Shown: positions 26,761 to 37,213, numbered from the stretch's first letter. The stretch: 37,471 nucleotides of DNA from a virus (IMGVR_UViG_2563366824_000004), one strand, 5' to 3'. A program made the numbers and translations. The notes: generated from the letters alone by a model not told the origin.

Positions 26761-27327
26761 ATGCTTATTGGCTATGTACGCGTGTCAACAAATGACCAGA
26801 ACACCGATTTGCAACGAAATGCACTGAACTGCGCGGGATGTGAGCGGATTTTTGAGGACAAAATCAGTGGCACTAAGTCCGACAGACCGGGGCTGAAAAA
26901 ACTGCTCAGGACACTATCGGCAGGAGACACGCTGGTTGTCTGGAAGCTGGACAGGTTGGGGCGCAGTATGCGGCATCTTGTTACGCTGATAGAAGAGTTG
27001 CGCCAGCGTGGTGTGAATTTCAGAAGCCTGACTGACAGTATTGATACCAGTACCCCAATGGGCCGTTTCTTTTTTCATGTCATGGGTGCCCTGGCTGAAA
27101 TGGAACGCGAACTGATAGTTGAACGTACCAGGGCAGGGCTGGCTGCAGCTCGTGCCAAAGGCAGAGTAGGTGGACGCCGTCCTAAGTTGACCACCGAACA
27201 GTGGGCACAGATCGGGCGTTTACTCGAGGCCGGAGAATCAATACAGCGTATTGCACTGATTTTTGATGTAGGCGTTTCTACCATTTATAGAAAATTTCCG
27301 GCAAATAAGATCAATGAATCCCCCTGA
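26761..27327 (+). CDS. Serine DNA invertase (Cin/Gin/Hin/Pin family)
   Basis: MLIGYVRVSTNDQNTDLQRNAL...GDTLVVWKLDRLGRSMRHL...RTRAGLAAARAKGRVGGRRPKL plus a C-terminal HTH; catalytic Ser in the YVRVST context. The ORF-track start at 26755 is an alternative. Confidence 0.9.
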   Translation: MLIGYVRVSTNDQNTDLQRNALNCAGCERIFEDKISGTKSDRPGLKKLLRTLSAGDTLVVWKLDRLGRSMRHLVTLIEELRQRGVNFRSLTDSIDTSTPMGRFFFHVMGALAEMERELIVERTRAGLAAARAKGRVGGRRPKLTTEQWAQIGRLLEAGESIQRIALIFDVGVSTIYRKFPANKINESP

Positions 27328-27375
27328 ATCAGCATTATGTTGATTATCCCTGCAAGCAGACAAATACCGTTATTT

Positions 27376-27393
27376 TGTGTGAATAACGACACA
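27376..27393. promoter_or_regulatory. Candidate Ogr-dependent late promoter element (TGT-N12-ACA) for the FI operon
   Basis: TGTGTGAATAACGACACA centred about 85 bp upstream of the FI start codon, consistent with the -55 dyad geometry of P2 late promoters. Confidence 0.45.
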
Positions 27394-27469
27394 ACTGCGC
27401 TTAGCTGTTTGTCAGGCACAATCACTTCAACATAGGGCGAAGCCTAATCCAATCAGGAGGTTCGCCACT

Positions 27470-28642
27470 ATGGCTCAGGATTACCACCACGGGGTGCGCG
27501 TTGTTGAAGTCAACGAAGGCACCCGATCTATTACCACGGTGAGCACCGCCATCGTGGGTATGGTCTGCACGGGCGATGATGCCGATGCAAAAATGTTTCC
27601 TCTTAATAAACCCGTGCTGATCACTGATGTGCTGACTGCCAGCGGTAAAGCGGGTGAGTCAGGTACTCTGGCCCGTTCGCTGGATGCCATCGCTGACCAG
27701 GCAAAACCCGTGACCATTGTTGTGCGTGTGCCGCAGGGTGAAACGGAAGACGAAACCACGACCAATATCATCGGCGCAGTGACTGCTGAAGGTAAAAAAA
27801 CAGGTATGAAAGCCCTGTTATCTGCCCAGTCACAGCTCGGCGTTAAACCGCGCATTCTCGGCGTGCCAGGCCACGACACCAAGGCGGTAGCTACTGAGTT
27901 GCTGAGCGTGGCGCAAAGCCTGCGTGGATTTGCTTACCTGTCAGCGTATGGCTGCAAGACAGTGCAGGAGGCGATCACTTACCGCGAAAACTTCAGCCAG
28001 CGCGAAGGGATGCTGATCTGGCCTGACTTTACTGGCTGGGACACGGTGCTGAATGCCGAAGCAACGGCATATGCCACCGCCCGTGCACTTGGTCTGCGCG
28101 CCAAAATTGACGAGCAGACCGGATGGCACAAAAGCCTTTCCAACGTGGGCGTGAACGGTGTCACCGGAATTTCTGCAGATGTGTTCTGGGATCTGCAGGA
28201 CCCGGCAACCGATGCAGGTCTGCTGAACCAGAACGACGTCACCACGCTTGTGCGTAAAGACGGTTTCCGCTTCTGGGGTTCCCGCTGCCTGAGTGATGAC
28301 CCGCTCTTTGCCTTCGAAAACTACACCCGCACGGCGCAGGTGCTGATGGACACGATGGCAGAAGCACACATGTGGGCGGTGGATAAACCGCTTAACCCGT
28401 CGCTGGCCCGCGACATTATCGAAGGTATCCGCGCCAAAATGCGCAGCCTGGTCAGTCAGGGCTATCTCATTGGTGGTGATTGCTGGCTGGATGAGTCGGT
28501 GAACGACAAAGACACGCTGAAAGCCGGAAAACTCACCATCGACTACGACTACACGCCAGTGCCGCCACTTGAAAACCTGATGCTGCGTCAGCGCATCACC
28601 GATCAGTACCTGGTGAATTTCGCCAGCCAGGTCAGCGCGTAA
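27470..28642 (+). CDS. FI: Tail sheath protein gpFI
   Basis: 390 aa, AGGAGG RBS, followed by the tube gene; P2 FI position and size. Confidence 0.9.
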   Translation: MAQDYHHGVRVVEVNEGTRSITTVSTAIVGMVCTGDDADAKMFPLNKPVLITDVLTASGKAGESGTLARSLDAIADQAKPVTIVVRVPQGETEDETTTNIIGAVTAEGKKTGMKALLSAQSQLGVKPRILGVPGHDTKAVATELLSVAQSLRGFAYLSAYGCKTVQEAITYRENFSQREGMLIWPDFTGWDTVLNAEATAYATARALGLRAKIDEQTGWHKSLSNVGVNGVTGISADVFWDLQDPATDAGLLNQNDVTTLVRKDGFRFWGSRCLSDDPLFAFENYTRTAQVLMDTMAEAHMWAVDKPLNPSLARDIIEGIRAKMRSLVSQGYLIGGDCWLDESVNDKDTLKAGKLTIDYDYTPVPPLENLMLRQRITDQYLVNFASQVSA

Positions 28643-28651
28643 GGGGACAAC

Positions 28652-29167
28652 ATGGCTTTACCACGCAAATTAAAACACCTGAACCTGTTTAACGACGGGA
28701 ACAACTGGCAGGGGATCGTTGAGTCGCTGACGCTGCCGAAATTTACCCGCAAATATGAGAAGTATCGCGGCGGCGGAATGCCGGGTGCGGTGGATGTGGA
28801 TCTGGGGCTTGATGACAGTGCGCTGGACACAGAATTTTCCATTGGTGGTACTGAATTGCTGCTGTTTAAACAGATGGGTAAAGCCACGGTGGATGGCATC
28901 CAGCTGCGCTTTACCGGCTCTATTCAGCGTGACGATACCGGGGAAGTGCAGGCCGTGGAGCTTGTCGTGCGTGGACGTCACAAAGAAGTGGATTCCGGCG
29001 AGTGGAAGACGGGCGAAAGCAACACCACCAAAGTGACCAGTACCAACAGCTACGCGAAGCTGACCATCAATGGTGAGGTGCTCTATGAAGTGGACCTTAT
29101 CAACATGGTGGAAATTGTGGACGGTGTGGACCTGATGGAAGCGCACCGCAACGCCCTCGGCCTCTGA
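28652..29167 (+). CDS. FII: Tail tube protein gpFII
   Basis: 171 aa directly after the sheath gene. Confidence 0.9.
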   Translation: MALPRKLKHLNLFNDGNNWQGIVESLTLPKFTRKYEKYRGGGMPGAVDVDLGLDDSALDTEFSIGGTELLLFKQMGKATVDGIQLRFTGSIQRDDTGEVQAVELVVRGRHKEVDSGEWKTGESNTTKVTSTNSYAKLTINGEVLYEVDLINMVEIVDGVDLMEAHRNALGL

Positions 29168-29221
29168 TATATCTGAACGGCGCGGGATACCGCGCCAGAA
29201 CCCAATTGACAGGACAGCAAA

Positions 29222-29524
29222 ATGAGCGATAAGCAGACTGAAAAGACCATTCAACTGGATACCCCCATCAAGCGCGGTAAAACAGAAATCACCGAAATTG
29301 TGCTGCGTAAACCGCAGTCCGGTGCGCTGCGCGGTACACGCCTGCAGGCCATTATGGATATGGATGTAAACGCGATGATGACCGTGATCCCCCGCATCTC
29401 CAGTCCGGCACTGACTGCACAGGAAATTGCAGAGATGGACCCGGCAGATCTCACAGCCATGTCGGTTGAGGTTGTCACTTTTTTGTTGAAGAAGTCGGTG
29501 CTTGCCGGTTTACCGACAGCCTGA
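29222..29524 (+). CDS. E: Tail assembly chaperone gpE (zero-frame product); the E+E' frameshift product would extend to 29658
   Basis: Small ORF upstream of the tape measure gene containing a TTTTTTG slippery heptamer; the -1 frame stays open to a TGA at 29656-29658, overlapping the T start. Confidence 0.8.
   Translation: MSDKQTEKTIQLDTPIKRGKTEITEIVLRKPQSGALRGTRLQAIMDMDVNAMMTVIPRISSPALTAQEIAEMDPADLTAMSVEVVTFLLKKSVLAGLPTA
29479..29485 (+). promoter_or_regulatory. Programmed -1 ribosomal frameshift slippery site T_TTT_TTG (E/E')
   Basis: Heptamer in the gpE zero frame (ACT TTT TTG); the -1 frame from here is open for 58 codons. Confidence 0.6.
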
Positions 29525-29650
29525 CGGTTGACGATCTGGTGGCAGATATCGCCACCATTTTTCACTGGCCGCCATCCGTTACTGACGTTATGCCGCTGAC
29601 CGAAGTGCTGGAATGGCGGTATAAAGCGATTCAGAGAAGCGGGGCCAACG

Positions 29651-32600
29651 ATGAGTGATAACAACCTGCGTCTGCAGGTCATTCTTAATGCGGTTGACAA
29701 GCTCACCCGTCCATTTCGATCTGCGCAGGCCAGTTCAAGAGAACTGGCTGCTGCTGTCAAAAAATCCCGCGATGCAATAAAGCAGCTTGATCAGGCCGGG
29801 AGCAGTCTGGACAGCTTCCGAAAGCTGCAGGCAGAAAATCAGAAATTAGGCGACAGGCTGAACTATGCCCGCCAGCGTGCAAATTTGCTCAGTCAGGAAC
29901 TGGGAGCGATGGGGCCGCCTTCGCAACGTCAGGTTGTTGCTCTGGGCCGTCAACGGCTGGCTGTTCAGCGCCTGGAAGAACGCCAGAAAAAGCTGCAGCA
30001 GCAGACGGCGCTTGTGCGTGCTGAACTGTACCGGGCGGGAATTTCTGCGAAAGACGATGCGGGAGCAACTGCCCGTTTAGCCCGTGAAACATCACGTTAT
30101 AACCAGGAACTTTCGAAACAGGAGGCGCGGCTGAAGCGACTGGGGGAAGCTCAGCGCAGGATGAATGCAGCGCGTGCCAGTTATGCCCGTTCGCTGGAGG
30201 TGCGTGATCGTATTGCAGGTGCCGGAGCCACCACCACGGCTGCAGGGCTGGCAATGGGTGCGCCAGTGATGGCGGCAGTAAAAAGCTATACCAGCATGGA
30301 AGATGCCATGAAAGGTGTGGCAAAGCAGGTCAATGGTCTGCGTGACGATAATGGCAACCGCACTGCACGTTTTTATGAAATGCAGGATGCCATCAAGGCT
30401 GCCAGCGAACAGTTGCCGATGGAAAACGGTGCGGTGGACTTCGCTGCACTGGTTGAAGGTGGTGCGCGCATGAACGTCGCAAACCCTGACGACAGCTGGG
30501 AAGATCAGAAACGTGACCTGCTGGCCTTCGCCAGTACGGCAGCAAAGGCGGCAACAGCCTTTGAGCTGCCAGCGGATGAACTGTCAGAAAGTCTGGGGAA
30601 AATCGCCCAGCTCTACAAAATCCCCACCCGCAATATTGAACAGCTCGGTGATGCGCTGAACTATCTGGATGATAACGCCATGTCGAAAGGGGCAGACATC
30701 ATTGATGTGATGCAACGTCTGGGCGGTGTGGCTGACCGTCTGGATTATCGTAAAGCGGCGGCGCTGGGTTCCACCTTCCTGACACTGGGCGCTGCGCCAG
30801 AGGTTGCAGCCAGTGCAGCAAACGCGATGGTGCGTGAATTGTCCATTGCCACCATGCAAAGCAAGAGTTTCTTTGAAGGGATGAATCTGCTGAAACTCAA
30901 TCCTGAAGTGGTTGAAAAGCAGATGACGAAGGATGCGATGGGAACCATCCAGCGCGTGCTGGAGAAGGTAAACGCGCTGCCGCAGGACAAGCGCCTGTCT
31001 GCCATGACTATGTTGTTTGGTAAAGAGTTTGGCGATGACGCGGCGAAACTGGCAAACAACCTGCCGGAACTGCAGCGTCAGTTAAAACTGACAGCGGGCA
31101 ATGATGCGCTCGGCTCCATGCAGAAAGAATCCGACATTAACAAGGATTCACTTTCTGCGCAGTGGTTGCTGGTCAAAACCGGAGCGCAGAACACCTTCAG
31201 CAGCCTGGGCGAAACGCTGCGCCAGCCGCTGATGGATATTCTGTACACGGTGAAAAGCGTCACGGGGGCGTTGCGTCGCTGGGTGGAAGCTAACCCGGAA
31301 CTGACAGGCACACTGATGAAAGCATCGGCTGTTGTGGCTGCGGTTACCGTCGGCCTCGGCACCTTAGCGGTGGCGCTGGCTGCAGTGCTGGGGCCGCTGG
31401 CAGTGATCCGTCTGGGATTCTCTGTGTTGGGTATCAAAACGTTATCTTCCGTTACGGCAGCAGTAACTCGAACCAGCAGCGCGTTATCCTGGCTGGCTGG
31501 CGCACCACTGGCACTGCTGCGACGCGGGCTTGCTTCATCGGGCAACGCCGCAGGTTTACTTACTGCGCCGTTGTCGTCTTTGCGCCGCACGGCATCACTG
31601 ACGGGAAATGTCCTGAAAACTGTAGCAGGTGCGCCGGTTGCACTTTTGCGGTCTGGATTATCCGGTTTACGTGCTGTTGCTGTGATGTTTATGAATCCTC
31701 TGGCGGTACTGCGCGGTGGACTGGCCGCCGCAGGCACGGTGCTGCGAGTACTGGCATCTGGTCCACTGGCGATGCTGCGCGTTGCCCTGTATGCCATATC
31801 TGGTCTGTTAGGTGCTCTGCTCAGTCCGATAGGTCTTGTGGTTACTGCACTGGCGGGCGTGGCGCTGGTTGTCTGGAAATACTGGCAACCCATCACCGCA
31901 TTTCTCGGTGGCGTGGTGGAAGGATTCAAAGCGGCGGCTGGTCCCGTCAGTGCAGCATTCGAACCACTTAAGCCTGTATTTCAGTGGATTGGCGATAAAG
32001 TACAGGCGCTGTGGGGCTGGTTTACTGATCTGCTGACGCCCGTTAAGTCGACCTCTGCCGAACTGCAGAGCGCAGCGGCAATGGGGCGACGATTCGGGGA
32101 GGCACTGGCGGAAGGGCTGAATATGGTTATGCATCCGCTGGACTCCCTGAAATCCGGTGTTTCCTGGTTACTGGAGAAACTTGGCATTGTCAGTAAAGAG
32201 GCCGCAAAGGCAAAACTGCCGGAAAGCGTGACGCGTCAGCAACCTGTGACGGTGAATGCAGACGGTAAAGTGATGATGTCATCGGGTGGTTTTCCATCAT
32301 GGGGATATGGCTTTGCGGGGATGTATGACCGCGGCGGCTATATCCCGCGCGGGCAGTTTGGCATTGTCGGTGAAAACGGGCCTGAAATTGTCAATGGCCC
32401 GGCAAACGTGACCAGCCGGAGAAATACCGCTGCACTGGCTGCGGTTGTCGCCGGAATGATGGGCGTTGCTGCCGCGCCAGCAGAGTTTCCACCGTTGCAT
32501 CCTTTGGCGCTTCCCGCGAAAGGCGGTGAAGCGATGGTGAGTCGCGCAGTCACTGTGCCGCCCGTTTACCAGATTGAGGCACCAACGCAGATCATCATCC

Positions 32601-32728
32601 AGACGCAGCCAGGACAAAGTGCGCAGGATATTGCACGGGAGGTGGCCCGCCAGCTTGATGAACGTGAACGCAGGCTGAAGGCAAAAGCCAGGAGTAACTA
32701 CAGCGATCAGGGGGGATACGACGCATGA
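29651..32728 (+). CDS. T: Tail tape measure protein gpT
   Basis: 1025 aa, Ala/Leu-rich with repetitive helical segments; after E/E'. Confidence 0.9.
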   Translation: MSDNNLRLQVILNAVDKLTRPFRSAQASSRELAAAVKKSRDAIKQLDQAGSSLDSFRKLQAENQKLGDRLNYARQRANLLSQELGAMGPPSQRQVVALGRQRLAVQRLEERQKKLQQQTALVRAELYRAGISAKDDAGATARLARETSRYNQELSKQEARLKRLGEAQRRMNAARASYARSLEVRDRIAGAGATTTAAGLAMGAPVMAAVKSYTSMEDAMKGVAKQVNGLRDDNGNRTARFYEMQDAIKAASEQLPMENGAVDFAALVEGGARMNVANPDDSWEDQKRDLLAFASTAAKAATAFELPADELSESLGKIAQLYKIPTRNIEQLGDALNYLDDNAMSKGADIIDVMQRLGGVADRLDYRKAAALGSTFLTLGAAPEVAASAANAMVRELSIATMQSKSFFEGMNLLKLNPEVVEKQMTKDAMGTIQRVLEKVNALPQDKRLSAMTMLFGKEFGDDAAKLANNLPELQRQLKLTAGNDALGSMQKESDINKDSLSAQWLLVKTGAQNTFSSLGETLRQPLMDILYTVKSVTGALRRWVEANPELTGTLMKASAVVAAVTVGLGTLAVALAAVLGPLAVIRLGFSVLGIKTLSSVTAAVTRTSSALSWLAGAPLALLRRGLASSGNAAGLLTAPLSSLRRTASLTGNVLKTVAGAPVALLRSGLSGLRAVAVMFMNPLAVLRGGLAAAGTVLRVLASGPLAMLRVALYAISGLLGALLSPIGLVVTALAGVALVVWKYWQPITAFLGGVVEGFKAAAGPVSAAFEPLKPVFQWIGDKVQALWGWFTDLLTPVKSTSAELQSAAAMGRRFGEALAEGLNMVMHPLDSLKSGVSWLLEKLGIVSKEAAKAKLPESVTRQQPVTVNADGKVMMSSGGFPSWGYGFAGMYDRGGYIPRGQFGIVGENGPEIVNGPANVTSRRNTAALAAVVAGMMGVAAAPAEFPPLHPLALPAKGGEAMVSRAVTVPPVYQIEAPTQIIIQTQPGQSAQDIAREVARQLDERERRLKAKARSNYSDQGGYDA

Positions 32729-33210
32729 TGATGGTGCTGGGATTGTACGTGTTTATGCTGCGCACCGTGCCGTATCAGGAACTGCAGTATCAGCGCAGCT
32801 GGCGACATGCGGCTAACAGTCGGGTAAATCGTCGTCCATCCACGCAGTTTCTGGGACCGGACAACGACATGCTGACGCTTTCTGGTGTTCTTATGCCGGA
32901 GATAACAGGCGGCAGGTTGTCATTGCTGGCACTGGAGCAGATGGCAGAACAGGGGAAAGCATGGCCCCTGATTGAAGGCAGCGGCACGATTTACGGCATG
33001 TATGTGATTGAGGGACTGAATCAGACCAAAACGGAGTTTTTCCGCGACGGTATGCCGCGCCGGATTGAGTTCACCCTGTCGCTCAAACGGGTGGATGAAT
33101 CCCTGTCCGATATGTTTGGTGATCTCAGTGCGCAGCTGAATAATCTGCAGGACATGGCAACATCTGCCTTAAGCGATATCAGTAAAACGGTGGGAGGGCT
33201 GCTGTCATGA
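32725..33210 (+). CDS. U: Tail protein gpU
   Basis: 161 aa, coupled to T; P2 order T-U-D. Confidence 0.85.
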   Translation: MMMVLGLYVFMLRTVPYQELQYQRSWRHAANSRVNRRPSTQFLGPDNDMLTLSGVLMPEITGGRLSLLALEQMAEQGKAWPLIEGSGTIYGMYVIEGLNQTKTEFFRDGMPRRIEFTLSLKRVDESLSDMFGDLSAQLNNLQDMATSALSDISKTVGGLLS

Positions 33211-34307
33211 ATTTCAGCTCTGAACTGCTTAACAAAGGCAACAAAACTCCGGCATTCAGTATCAGTATTGAGGGCAGGGATATCACCACTGTGCTGGATA
33301 ACCGTCTGATGAGTCTGACGCTGGCGGACAATCGGGGCTTTGAAGCGGACCAGCTTGATCTGGAGCTGGACGACGCCGACGGAAAAATCGTGCTGCCGCG
33401 CCGTGGTGCGGTCATTACGCTGGCGCTGGGCTGGAAGGGGCTGCCGCTTTTCCCGAAAGGGGCATTCACGGTGGACGAGATTGAACACACTGGCGCACCG
33501 GACCGCCTGACTATCCGGGCGCGAAGTGCTGATTTTCGTGAAACGCTGAATACCCGCCGTGAAAAATCGTGGCATAACACCACCATCGGGGAAGTGGTGA
33601 AGGAAATAGCCGCGCGGCACAAGCTGAAGATGGCACTGGGTAAAGACCTGTCGGATAAGCCCGTGGAGCATATAGACCAGACTAATGAGAGTGACGGCAG
33701 TTTTCTGATGCGGCTGGCGCGACAGTACGGTGCTATTGCGTCGGTGAAAAATGGCAATCTGTTATTCATCCGGCAGGGACAGGGTAAAAGCGCCAGCGGT
33801 AAACCACTACCGGTGATCACTATCACACGTAAGGACGGCGACAGTCACCGCTTTACCCTGGCGGATCGCGGAGCTTACACGGGTGTAATAGCCAGCTGGT
33901 TGCATACCCGCGAACCCGCGAAGAAAAAAAGCACCACGGTGAAGCGTAAGCGCAGGACTAAGAAGCAGAAGAAAGAGCCGGAAGCGAAGCAGGGCGATTA
34001 CCTGGTGGGGACGGATGAAAACGTGCTGGTACTTAATCGCACCTATGCTAATCGGAGTAACGCCGAACGGGCAGCGAAAATGCAGTGGGAACGCCTGCAA
34101 CGCGGTGTTGCGTCATTCTCGCTACAACTGGCGGAAGGTCGGGCGGATCTCTACACGGAAATGCCTGTGAAGGTCAGCGGCTTTAAACAGCCGATAGATG
34201 ATGCGGAATGGACCATTACCACCCTGACACATACCGTCAGCCCGGATAACGGTTTTACGACCAGTCTGGAGCTTGAAGTGAGGATTGATGATTTCGAAAT
34301 GGAATGA
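33207..34307 (+). CDS. D: Tail protein gpD (late control gene D)
   Basis: 366 aa, last gene of the tail operon before ogr. Confidence 0.85.
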   Translation: MNFSSELLNKGNKTPAFSISIEGRDITTVLDNRLMSLTLADNRGFEADQLDLELDDADGKIVLPRRGAVITLALGWKGLPLFPKGAFTVDEIEHTGAPDRLTIRARSADFRETLNTRREKSWHNTTIGEVVKEIAARHKLKMALGKDLSDKPVEHIDQTNESDGSFLMRLARQYGAIASVKNGNLLFIRQGQGKSASGKPLPVITITRKDGDSHRFTLADRGAYTGVIASWLHTREPAKKKSTTVKRKRRTKKQKKEPEAKQGDYLVGTDENVLVLNRTYANRSNAERAAKMQWERLQRGVASFSLQLAEGRADLYTEMPVKVSGFKQPIDDAEWTITTLTHTVSPDNGFTTSLELEVRIDDFEME

Positions 34308-34397
34308 TTCTTCGCAATGGAGAACTTTTAAGTTTGCAAAATGGAATAATACGGTATCATTGTTGTGAATTTAGCAAAAATGGGGAGAACTCGAAAA

Positions 34398-34616
34398 ATG
34401 ATGATTTGCCCACTGTGTGGAAGTGCCGCCCATACTCGCAGCAGTTTTCAGGTATCTTCATTGACCAAAGAGCGTTATAACCAGTGCCAGAACATTAACT
34501 GCAGCCATACTTTTGTTACCCATGAAACTTTTGTTCGTTCGATTGCAACACCAAAAGAGTCGAATCCAGTTCAGCCGCATCCAATGAAATCAGGACAGGT
34601 GGCGCTCTCTCTTTGA
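34398..34616 (+). CDS. ogr: Ogr/Delta-family zinc-finger late transcription activator (72 aa)
   Basis: MMICPLCGSAAHTRSSFQVSSLTKERYNQCQNINCSHTFVTHE matches P2 Ogr (MFHCPLCQHAAHARTS...KERYHQCQNVNCSATF) as recalled; CxxC...CxxxxC zinc finger. Confidence 0.9.
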   Translation: MMICPLCGSAAHTRSSFQVSSLTKERYNQCQNINCSHTFVTHETFVRSIATPKESNPVQPHPMKSGQVALSL

Positions 34617-34702
34617 CGCTGCCGCCATTTTGTCGCCATCGTTAAAAAACAGTGCTTCTAACATCATGATTTTAAACATCTTAAATTTCAGGCAACAAAA
34701 AA

Positions 34703-34739
34703 CCCATCAACCTTGAACCGAAATGGCGGGGTTGATGGG
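34703..34739 (-). terminator. Candidate intrinsic terminator for ybjL (perfect 10-bp stem, T-run on the minus strand)
   Basis: CCCATCAACC...GGTTGATGGG, preceded on the plus strand by an A-run; the loop is large (17 nt), so confidence is modest. Confidence 0.4.
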
Positions 34740-34851
34740 CTCCACAAAATGGGGACATCAAAGAAAAGCAGTGGCACTAATTAAGACTGATGCCCTGCGG
34801 AAAAGTTCTGCGGTTGTGCAAAAAAATTTCATTTTCAGGGCAACTTCAGTT

Positions 34852-36537
34852 TTATCCTAATCCTGGCCATACCATGACGATGATTGTCCCTGCCAGCGTC
34901 AGCAGGACGTTGGCGATTGCGTAGGTGCCCGCATAGCCCAGCGCCGGGATGTTACTGCGAGCTGTATCACTGATGATCTCCATTGCCGGCGCGCAGGTGC
35001 GTGCGCCCATCATTGCGCCGAACAACAGTGCGCGGTTCATTCGCAATACATAAGCACCGAACAAGAAACAGATAACCACGGGCACCAGACTGACAATCAA
35101 TCCGGCAATCAACATTTGACCGCCAATTGCGCCCAGGCCGTTATTAATACCGCTACCGGCGCTCAGACCAACGCCTGCCATAAACACCATCAAGCCGAAC
35201 TCCTTCACCATGCTTAATGCACCCTGCGGAATGTAACCGAAGGTCGGGTGGTTCGCGCGCATAAAGCCCAGCATGATTCCGGCGAATAACAACCCGGCAG
35301 CGTTCCCCATGCCGAAACTGAATGTGCTGAACTGGAAGGTGATCATCCCGATCATCAGCCCAATAACAAAGAAGGCGCAGAATGCCAGCAAGTCAGTGAC
35401 CTGGCTGTGAATCGAGATAAAGCCGATGCGATCGGCGATGGTTTTTACGCGACGGGCATCGCCGCTGACTTGTAAAACGTCACCTTTGTTAAGCACGACG
35501 TTGTCATCAATCGGCATCTCAATCTGGCTACGAATGACGCGGTTAAGGAAGCAACCGTGATCGGTCAACTTCAGTTGTGCCAAGCGTTTGCCAACAGCGT
35601 TATGGTTTTTAACGACCACTTCTTCAGTGACGATACGCATGTCGAGAAGGTCACGATCGAAAACTTCTTTGCCATTACGGAAACTGGGATCGAGTCGGGC
35701 GTGGGCGTCAGGATAGCCTACCAACGCTATTTCATCGCCCATTTGTAGTACGGCATCACCGTCTGGATTTGCCAGAATCCCGTTACGCCGAATACGTTCA
35801 ATGTAACAGCCAGTTTGTCGATAAATACCCAGTTCACGCAGATTTTTGCCGTCGGTCCAGGCCACCAGCTCCGGGCCGACGCGGTAGGCCCGGATCACCG
35901 GTAAATAAACCTTACGGTTGGCATCAGTGTCCAGGCCACGTTCGCGGGCGATTTGCTGGGCGCTGGTCTGTAAGTCCTGATGCTGCAATTTCGGCAAGTA
36001 ACGCGCACCAACAATCAAACTCACCAGACCGATTAAATAGGTTAAGGCATACCCGAGGCTCAGATTATCCAGTGCCAGTGAGAGCTGCCTGCTTTCCATG
36101 CCGGAATGACGCAGTGTATCGCCAGCACCGACCAGAACCGGTGTTGACGTCATAGAGCCTGCTAACATACCGGCCGTCAGGCCAATATCCCAGCCAAACA
36201 GCTTACCTAACCCTAAGGCGATCACCAGCGCACTGCCAACCATCACCAGTGCTAACATTAGGTAATTTTTCCCATCGCGAAAAAAAATGGAAAAAAAGTT
36301 CGGTCCGGCTTCGACCCCGACGCAGAAAATAAACAGCATAAAGCCAAGATTAAGCGCGTCGGTGTTAATGCTGAAATGTTGTTGGCCTAATAACAGCGAT
36401 ACGACTAAAACGCCAATGGAATTACCCAGTTGGATCGAACCAAGTCGTAACTTTCCGAGACATAGCCCAAGCGCGAGGACCACAAATAATAACAGAATGT
36501 AATTCCCATTTAACAATTCGGCGACGTTTATATTCAC
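34852..36537 (-). CDS. ybjL: Putative transport protein YbjL (AAE family, 561 aa)
   Basis: Polytopic membrane N- and C-terminal domains around a central soluble region; sequence and the ybjL-ybjM-grxA neighbourhood recognised as the E. coli locus. Confidence 0.85.
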
Positions 36538-36806
36538 GGAGGCTAACTTCTTGTTTACTAGTAAGCTGTTGAAAGAAATGGTAATTTACGATAATGTTTT
36601 TTACCAGAATTCAGGGCGCAGATTCATTCAGCGCACCTAAACGATAGTAAAGTAACAATATATTTTACTAGTGTAATCACATTAGGTATCAACGGCTATA
36701 TGAATTGCGTTGGCCTATATTAGCATGGAATGCGAAGCGGCTTTATCTTACTGAACGCCACACTGGCGAAAAATGTGTTCGATAGACGCAGTGTCAGGAG
36801 GAACGA

Positions 36807-37184
36807 GTGAAACATAAACAACGTTGGGCGGGGGCAATCTGCTGTTTTGTCCTCTTCATTGTGGTGTGCCTTTTTCTGGCAACGCACATGAAAGGCGCTT
36901 TTCGGGCTGCCGGGCATCCTGAAATCGGCTTGCTGTTTTTCATTCTTCCTGGAGCAGTTGCCAGCTTTTTTTCACAGCGTAGAGAAGTCCTGAAACCTCT
37001 GTTTGGCGCAATGCTGGCGGCACCCTGTTCAATGCTTATTATGCGGCTGTTTTTTTCACCGACGCGCTCATTCTGGCAAGAGCTGGCATGGTTATTAAGT
37101 GCGGTGTTCTGGTGTGCGCTGGGGGCACTGTGTTTCTTATTTATCAGTAGTTTGTTTAAACCACAGCACAGAAAAAATCAGTAA
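36807..37184 (+). CDS. ybjM: Inner membrane protein YbjM (125 aa)
   Basis: Small four-TM protein between ybjL and grxA, as in E. coli. Confidence 0.75.
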   Translation: MKHKQRWAGAICCFVLFIVVCLFLATHMKGAFRAAGHPEIGLLFFILPGAVASFFSQRREVLKPLFGAMLAAPCSMLIMRLFFSPTRSFWQELAWLLSAVFWCALGALCFLFISSLFKPQHRKNQ

Positions 37185-37204
37185 AGCCCTCAACGTGAGG
37201 GCTT
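37184..37204 (-). terminator. Hairpin between convergent ybjM and grxA (probable grxA terminator)
   Basis: AAGCCCTCA-ACG-TGAGGGCTT perfect 9-bp stem; a T-run follows on the minus strand. Confidence 0.4.
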
Positions 37205-37213
37205 GTCAGACGA

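Larger units (their letters stand above)
1..34650. mobile_element. P2/186-like prophage, apparently complete; attL lies beyond the left window edge and the right boundary is somewhere in 34617-34851
   Basis: Contiguous canonical P2-family gene order from integrase to ogr, followed by host genes; exact att core not identifiable without the left junction. Confidence 0.85.

Noticed and set aside
34617-34851. Possible tRNA or tmRNA integration target at the prophage end.
   Set aside because: No tRNA-like features (no T-loop GTTCRANYC, no acceptor stem with CCA context) are visible; P2-like phages usually integrate at non-tRNA sites.
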